A DNA stretch of 64,000 nt, taken from NCBI GenBank assembly GCA_963835065.1, contig CAWIEK010000051.1, positions 32,001 through 96,000 on the forward strand, read 5' to 3'. The position numbers and the translations under genes were made by a program. Positions within the stretch are counted from its first letter, which is position 1, and each line of letters opens with the position of its first letter. The stretch comes from an uncultured Chthonomonadaceae bacterium. Its GTDB lineage: Bacteria > Armatimonadota > Chthonomonadetes > Chthonomonadales > Chthonomonadaceae. The notes below the pieces were generated by a model. That model was not told the DNA's origin. It saw nothing but the letters and a program-made list of their open reading frames with translations, and made no database searches. This document shows positions 60,001-64,000 of the stretch, in pieces.

Positions 60001-60280
60001 CGAGGGAGTTTCCCTGCTCGCGCCCCTGCCCGGCGCAGTCGGCGTGATGAACCTTCGCGTTCGAGCATCCATGCCCGCAGCCGGAACAAACACGCCGCAG
60101 ACAGCGCCCGTTGATGTGTTGTTTGATTCTATTGACAAACAAGTAACGCTGCAAGGGAGCGGCCTGAAAGCGTTTCGCCTTCCTCCCGGTTTCCAAAACA
60201 TACCTCTGCCCGACGGCACACTACGCTGGCGCGGCAAATACCCTGCCCAGGGCGGCCTTTCCCTGAACTTCCTGCCCTAA
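57053..60280 (+). CDS. Large secreted protein with beta-sandwich domains and a C-terminal six-hairpin glycosidase-like domain
   Basis: Signal peptide; YYKAW, WES, AWILYAATGDK..L...YPALK, ENY motifs; ATGA overlap with mqnA. Confidence 0.65.
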   Translation: MNVNRQMRVPTSLFLLLCAWSVFLPAGAQEKASSVPAPAFQPVLKQWRTAGGTWHVKAEAGQDSLIGEVAETTRGFAVAEDAPFSQLQTLETTLTPTKHIGASWSAGGLCAYRDLANYWRLALVESPDGAGRYAELTLLRDGQGVGEQTLRVLSRSEQTLNWKWNTAYRLRLTLAPDSIMGEALDSSGVLLWHIAYSLEDASLLHVGWPAVGVQGMQAAFGRAQQRIPTTGLDAQTVDCKMLQERVSAPHWLSLPDSRLVINPTMSSAPAVPPSLAPSLPLNLAYYVGETPSRLPCFWAWQANAQNAPPVTVTTGPAADFTPAASAHWTGERAIARFANGQLRLSVASVPFGSLTTETVVDLEQTPFLLAQVPRCAGQWALKVNSGQQATDTYVQADTSQTGNFCYDLRALTGWHGKRAFKLILFVIGLKDSSATFSSLRFAGTRDTLPALTSQETLWFPHQITTQARTADGDMQADSTIGLADAQTVVQKLHIRRANAQSLVLTGQIGSGTAHWDEARRMLIVEGEGYRAVIAPSRAARWLGGFASGLERLAGRNGLPTVPANGVWALAFDNVQTGEDISVAARFAPVGDNAQSGLTELMNATTPFATTQGVTSALDAQAEAWNQRLNSVPHPLDFTLRALEARGATPQAIRRTYYKAWVFLFANILPPLPENGFPYPQMPCGKASLWDEGATHARASSQWESFIAMQFAARVAPDTAWQAYEGLLSLVAPDGSLGGEGLPSRHAETAWILYAATGDKARLSKTYPALKRLLLWKAANPRWLYKGSTPPDEKDSEFVVHALMDMRYAQRIADVLNMPDETIFWQNQITALSADYHKWFWTRTDGPSEHTYRLFRASAGKREEPDRSWNLQGLVLPPALLTAGERDTFLRLFRASLNRATPFLIGQLAGFPKYNFTQRGVWQYGTPDEAALMAESALRDVTLAGQFSENYFQNFPPAPTGVTPSIFGAAQILDGGLWHNGVIGEGVSLLAPLPGAVGVMNLRVRASMPAAGTNTPQTAPVDVLFDSIDKQVTLQGSGLKAFRLPPGFQNIPLPDGTLRWRGKYPAQGGLSLNFLP

Positions 60281-60663
60281 ACACTAATGCCGTTCATGTA
60301 AGGATTCGTAAGTCTATAACTTCCCGCTGATTCGGGAAGTCGAGCTTTGCTAACGGGAAGTGGGGAAAGCGTTAGACAAGCGGCAGGCAGAGAAAAGAGC
60401 AGGAAAAAGCAATATGTAGAGTCATCGTCGAAATCTTGGCAATGCAGCGCTTCCAGCCCGATGTCTCGTTGTGTCAAGTTGTAGGAGAGAGGCGTCGTGG
60501 CCTCAGCAGCGTCAGGGCGGACGGGAGGAGTGGGACATGGGCCTGTACCTCCTTTGCTAAATAGTAGACACTTGTACTATTTAGACAGGGAAATGGGGCA
60601 AAAGGTTCACTGTTTTCGCGCTGTGAAGCTTTTTTTATCTTTTTTGTCTTCATCTGTGTGAAC

Positions 60664-61683
60664 CTAATATCCCTTGACAGGATCGAAAAGGTTTTGTAGG
60701 GGTTCGTTGGCGAGAAAGCGGCGCAGGTTTGCGTTGAAAAGTTCGGCAAAGCGGTGGAAGTAGAAGGGCGTGATGCCGGATACGTGGGGCGTGAGGATAA
60801 CGTTTTCCATGCGCCAAAGCGGGCTGTCAGCGTTGAGAGGTTCCGTCTCGAACACGTCCAGGCCCGCGCCCGCCAGCTTGCCCTGCTCCAGCGCGGCGAC
60901 CAATGCGGCCTCGTCTATGGTGCTGCCCCTGCCGATGTTGTACAGATAGGCGGTCGGCTTGCAATGGGAAAGCATTTCCGCGTTGAGGAAGTGGTGAGTT
61001 TCGGGGGTGTGGGGAAGGGTCACGCAGATGTGGTCGGACTCGGCCATAAGGCGCGGCAATTCGTCCATTCCGTACACGGCGTCAACGGGAACCTGCGCGT
61101 CATAGCGCGTCTTGGGGTCGCGCTTGGTGGCAACAATTCGCATATCGAACGATTTGGCGCGAACGGCAAGGGACTCGCCAATCCGTCCCAACCCCACGAT
61201 GCCCAATGTCTGCCCGGTCAGTTCACCTGCGGCGCTGCGGCGGGGCTGGCGGTTCCATTTTTCCTGTCCCCAATTGTCGCGCTTCCATTCGCCTTCCAGT
61301 TGCCGGCGAAAATAAAACGGCTCGTTGCGGGTGAACATCAGCATGAACATCATTACGTGTTCGGCGATGTTGGGGCCATGTACGCCGCTGGCATTGGTCA
61401 GCAGCATATTTCGGGCTGCAAGCTGCGGCGTGTACTTGCCGTCCATGCCCGCGCTCCAAAACGCGATCCACTTCAGTTTCGCGGCCTGTTCCAGTTGTTC
61501 GGGTGACAGGTTACCGCAAACCGCAATGTCCGTATCCGGCAGCAGGGCGTCGGCCTCTTCACTGCGGCTGAAGCGCAGTTCGATCTGTTCGCGCAGTTGG
61601 GCGTCCGCTTCCACAACACTCCGAAACGTCTGCGCGTCCGCATCGTCCGGGGCCAGCAGCACAAGCACAATGGTTTTGGTCAT
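60664..61683 (-). CDS. D-2-hydroxyacid dehydrogenase
   Basis: GLGRIG, NIGRG, LDVFETEP, TPHVSG. Confidence 0.95.
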   Translation of the reverse strand: MTKTIVLVLLAPDDADAQTFRSVVEADAQLREQIELRFSRSEEADALLPDTDIAVCGNLSPEQLEQAAKLKWIAFWSAGMDGKYTPQLAARNMLLTNASGVHGPNIAEHVMMFMLMFTRNEPFYFRRQLEGEWKRDNWGQEKWNRQPRRSAAGELTGQTLGIVGLGRIGESLAVRAKSFDMRIVATKRDPKTRYDAQVPVDAVYGMDELPRLMAESDHICVTLPHTPETHHFLNAEMLSHCKPTAYLYNIGRGSTIDEAALVAALEQGKLAGAGLDVFETEPLNADSPLWRMENVILTPHVSGITPFYFHRFAELFNANLRRFLANEPLQNLFDPVKGY

Positions 61684-63005
61684 GCCGTCGCCCTTTCGTC
61701 CGCTGCATCTTTATCTGTTACATCTTTGTCCGCCGCCTCGTCGTCCGGTTCCGCGCCGTCATTGAGAAGTTTACTCAGGGCTTCGCGGCACTCCCAAAAG
61801 TTCAATTCGCGTATGGCGCTTTTAACAACAGTGATGTCGGAGGGTGGCACAATCAAGGCCGCGCTTCCCGCCCCGACAAGCTGCTCCAGCGCCGATTGGT
61901 TGTTGGCGTCCAGCCCGCCGCTTTCTTCCAGACTGCCGAACGTTGCCAGCCACGACGCCACATAAACAGGCAGCATGGCCGTATTCGCGGCGCGTATCAT
62001 GGCATCTAAGGACGACAACAACGGAATTTCCAGTGCGGCATATTCCAGGCTGACAAGGACGCGCATCGCCCCGTTATACGCCATTCGATCCATGAAAAAC
62101 GTCGCTTGTTCCGGGTCTTCTAAGGCTGCGTTGGCCTCCATGAAGTCCAGGGGCAAGTTCACGGCGAAACGGGGCACGTCGCACAGCACATCATTGGCAA
62201 GGCAGTCGGCGCGCGCCTCGTTCAACTCCTGCCCCATTTCGCCCACGCCCAGCCCTTCCAGGTGCGGCATAAGCGGGCAGGCAATCGTCAGGTCGGCCTT
62301 GACCGCCGCTTCGAGAAGCAAAGGGGCAGGCAGCGCGTAATCGTCTGCCAACAGCAACGGTTTGCCGCCCGCCTGCTGTATCAGTTGCAGTAAGGTTTCG
62401 CGCTGTTCATCCTCGTCGGCATCAGCGGGAAGCAGGGGAGAACCATACGGCACGTACAGCGCGTCCGCGCCATTGGCCTGCGCGGTTTCGATAGCGTCCG
62501 GGGTTGTCACCTGCGCGAACACCTGCACCGCCCGCCCGTCCAGCGTATACGCCGCCAGATGCCCCTCGTCCAAATACAAACGTTTTTTGGGAGCCATGTT
62601 GTTACGCATCGTCTGGTACTGCGCAAACGCCACGCCGTCCGGGTTGGCGACAACGACGCCCCGGCTGGCATCCACCACCATGAGCATATCTTCTTCAATG
62701 GCTTCCAGCAGTCCGGCAACGCCCACAACGGCAGGCGTTTCGTTCAGAGGAGAATCAGCGCCCTCTACAGCCGCAATGCCAACGACGTTGCCCCATCGCA
62801 CCGAATCCGCAATCGCAACCGCCGTCGCGTAATCATTGGCAACCAGGATAATGTCCGGCGTTTCCTCCCCCCGGCGTTTGGCAAGCTGCTCCATAATGCG
62901 CGGCGGAATCGCGGGCGGCAGGGGAAAGCCGTTACGCAACCGCACGACCGCCGCCGTGCCAAGCGCAATCCCCGTTCCCAATCCCGTTCCCTGCAAACTT
63001 GCCAT
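61680..63005 (-). CDS. Degenerate PTS enzyme I-like protein
   Basis: LQGTGLGTGIALG, ILVANDY, PAVVG, VVDASRGVVVANPD, TLDGRAV, LVGAG motifs; no SH phospho-His motif. Confidence 0.65.
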   Translation of the reverse strand: MASLQGTGLGTGIALGTAAVVRLRNGFPLPPAIPPRIMEQLAKRRGEETPDIILVANDYATAVAIADSVRWGNVVGIAAVEGADSPLNETPAVVGVAGLLEAIEEDMLMVVDASRGVVVANPDGVAFAQYQTMRNNMAPKKRLYLDEGHLAAYTLDGRAVQVFAQVTTPDAIETAQANGADALYVPYGSPLLPADADEDEQRETLLQLIQQAGGKPLLLADDYALPAPLLLEAAVKADLTIACPLMPHLEGLGVGEMGQELNEARADCLANDVLCDVPRFAVNLPLDFMEANAALEDPEQATFFMDRMAYNGAMRVLVSLEYAALEIPLLSSLDAMIRAANTAMLPVYVASWLATFGSLEESGGLDANNQSALEQLVGAGSAALIVPPSDITVVKSAIRELNFWECREALSKLLNDGAEPDDEAADKDVTDKDAADERATA

Positions 63006-63008
63006 TGG

Positions 63009-63130
63009 CCCTCACCCCAACCCCTCTCCCAAAAGCGTGGGAGAGGGGCTAATCTTAAATTTACCCAACCCCTCTCCCACAAAACGTATTTCCAAAGCGA
63101 AGCAGAAATACGAAACGCGGGGAGGGGCTA
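63009..63130. repeat. Two REP-like CCCCTCTCCC/GGGAGAGGGG palindromic units
   Basis: ccctcaccccaacccctctccc-N8-gggagagggg, with a second degenerate copy from 63064 and a similar unit at about 36696-36726. Confidence 0.7.
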
Positions 63131-63135
63131 AATAG

Positions 63136-63906
63136 TTAAATCTCCCGGTGTCCTTCGGCGTCTTCCATTGCGCCTACGCTAATTTTGATGTCGGCGCGCT
63201 CTTCGATTTTGGCGATTTTGCCGTCCCGAATCCAGACGACGCGATCTGAAACCTCAACCATTTTGTAATCGTGCGTGGCCGAGATGATGGTGACGCCCTC
63301 GTTGCGGTTTAGTTCACGCAGCAGGGCGATGATCTCTTCACCGGTCTTCAAGTCAAGGTTGCCGGTTGGTTCGTCCGCCAGAACGATGGCCGGACGGTTG
63401 GCAAGCGCGCGGGCAATGGCAACGCGCTGCTGCTGTCCACCGGAAAGCTGTGTCGGACGATGATGTAGACGGTGTCCCAACCCCACTTTGTTCAGAATTT
63501 CGATTCCGCGCTCAATTCCTTCGTCCGTAGACATACCCGCAAAGATCGTCGGCAGCGTGACGTTCTCCAAAGCGGTCATCGCGGGCAGCAGATTGAATGT
63601 CTGGAAGATGTAGCCGATTTTATGGCAGCGCAGGTACGCCAGTTCGCTCGCGCTGAGTTGTGCCATATCCACATCGTCAATAAACACTGACCCCTCATCC
63701 GGCCTGTCCAGCCCCCCGATAGCGTTGAACAGCGTGGACTTGCCCGACCCCGACGGCCCCATGATGGACAGATACTCGCCCTTGCGAATATCCAAATCCA
63801 CGCCGTTAAGCGCGCGCAGCACCTCGTCGCCCATCTTAAATATCTTGACCAGCCCCTTGGTTCGCACCACGTATTCTACGCGCACCGCGCGTTCCATTGT
63901 TACCAT
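63136..63906 (-). CDS. ABC transporter ATP-binding protein (LolD/MacB-like)
   Basis: [31 protein letters not shown]. Confidence 0.96.
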   Translation of the reverse strand: MVTMERAVRVEYVVRTKGLVKIFKMGDEVLRALNGVDLDIRKGEYLSIMGPSGSGKSTLFNAIGGLDRPDEGSVFIDDVDMAQLSASELAYLRCHKIGYIFQTFNLLPAMTALENVTLPTIFAGMSTDEGIERGIEILNKVGLGHRLHHRPTQLSGGQQQRVAIARALANRPAIVLADEPTGNLDLKTGEEIIALLRELNRNEGVTIISATHDYKMVEVSDRVVWIRDGKIAKIEERADIKISVGAMEDAEGHREI

Positions 63907-63923
63907 AGAAAATCCTTTCGGAT

Positions 63924-63956
63924 AGTAGTCAGTAGTCAGTAGTCAGTAGTCAGTAG
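63924..63956. repeat. Heptamer tandem repeat (AGTAGTC)x4.7
   Basis: Same unit and same AGAA tail as the 56225-56263 arm. Confidence 0.9.
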
Positions 63957-64000
63957 AGAAACCCATTCCTGTAAGCTGTATCTATGTTGCACAACTCTGT

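Noticed and set aside
60281..60660. Small ORFs or ncRNA in the AT-richer gap
   Set aside because: Only a short ACTTCCCG/CGGGAAGT hairpin is present; no supported gene.
49673..63956. Short tandem repeats as a CRISPR array
   Set aside because: Units are 7-10 nt with no unique spacers, and there are no cas genes.

Overview
This is a 64-kb bacterial chromosomal window of roughly 60% GC. The gene content suggests Armatimonadota (inference): a DUF1559 prepilin-like gene in a sugar locus, futalosine menaquinone genes, many secreted CAZyme-like proteins and cyanobacterial-type small genes. From left to right: (1) 0.2-5.9 kb holds a secreted glycosidase-like gene and an AT-rich decayed polymorphic-toxin-like locus, whose ankyrin gene is split by a 232-bp MITE flanked by a 152-bp duplication. 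(2) 6.4-13.4 kb is a polysaccharide export trio: SLBB/Wza-like and co-polymerase genes, both with N/G/D low-complexity tracts, plus a doubly frameshifted flippase. (3) A GH2 gene follows. (4) 16-30 kb is an accessory zone of small, mostly co-oriented genes, TA modules and remnants, duplicated gene ends, a 153-bp MITE-like element, an IS5 and an IS630 nested in an ISL3. (5) 30-41 kb is a LacI-controlled galactan locus: large Tat-type glycosidase, DUF1559 pilin-like protein, small lipoprotein, GH53 and ABC transporter. (6) Next come a TetR gene with two heme-c/copper-monooxygenase-like paralogs, then APH(6)-like kinase, AKR, serpin and DoxX genes. (7) The ubiD-NUDIX-ppx-ubiX-ubiA-mqnA menaquinone cluster is punctuated by long hairpins. 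(8) The window ends with a large glycosidase-like gene, a 2-hydroxyacid dehydrogenase, a His-less PTS enzyme I-like protein and an ABC ATPase. No rRNA, tRNA or CRISPR array was recognised. Protein family calls come from motif recognition by eye, not database searches. Several single-base frameshifts could be sequencing errors.
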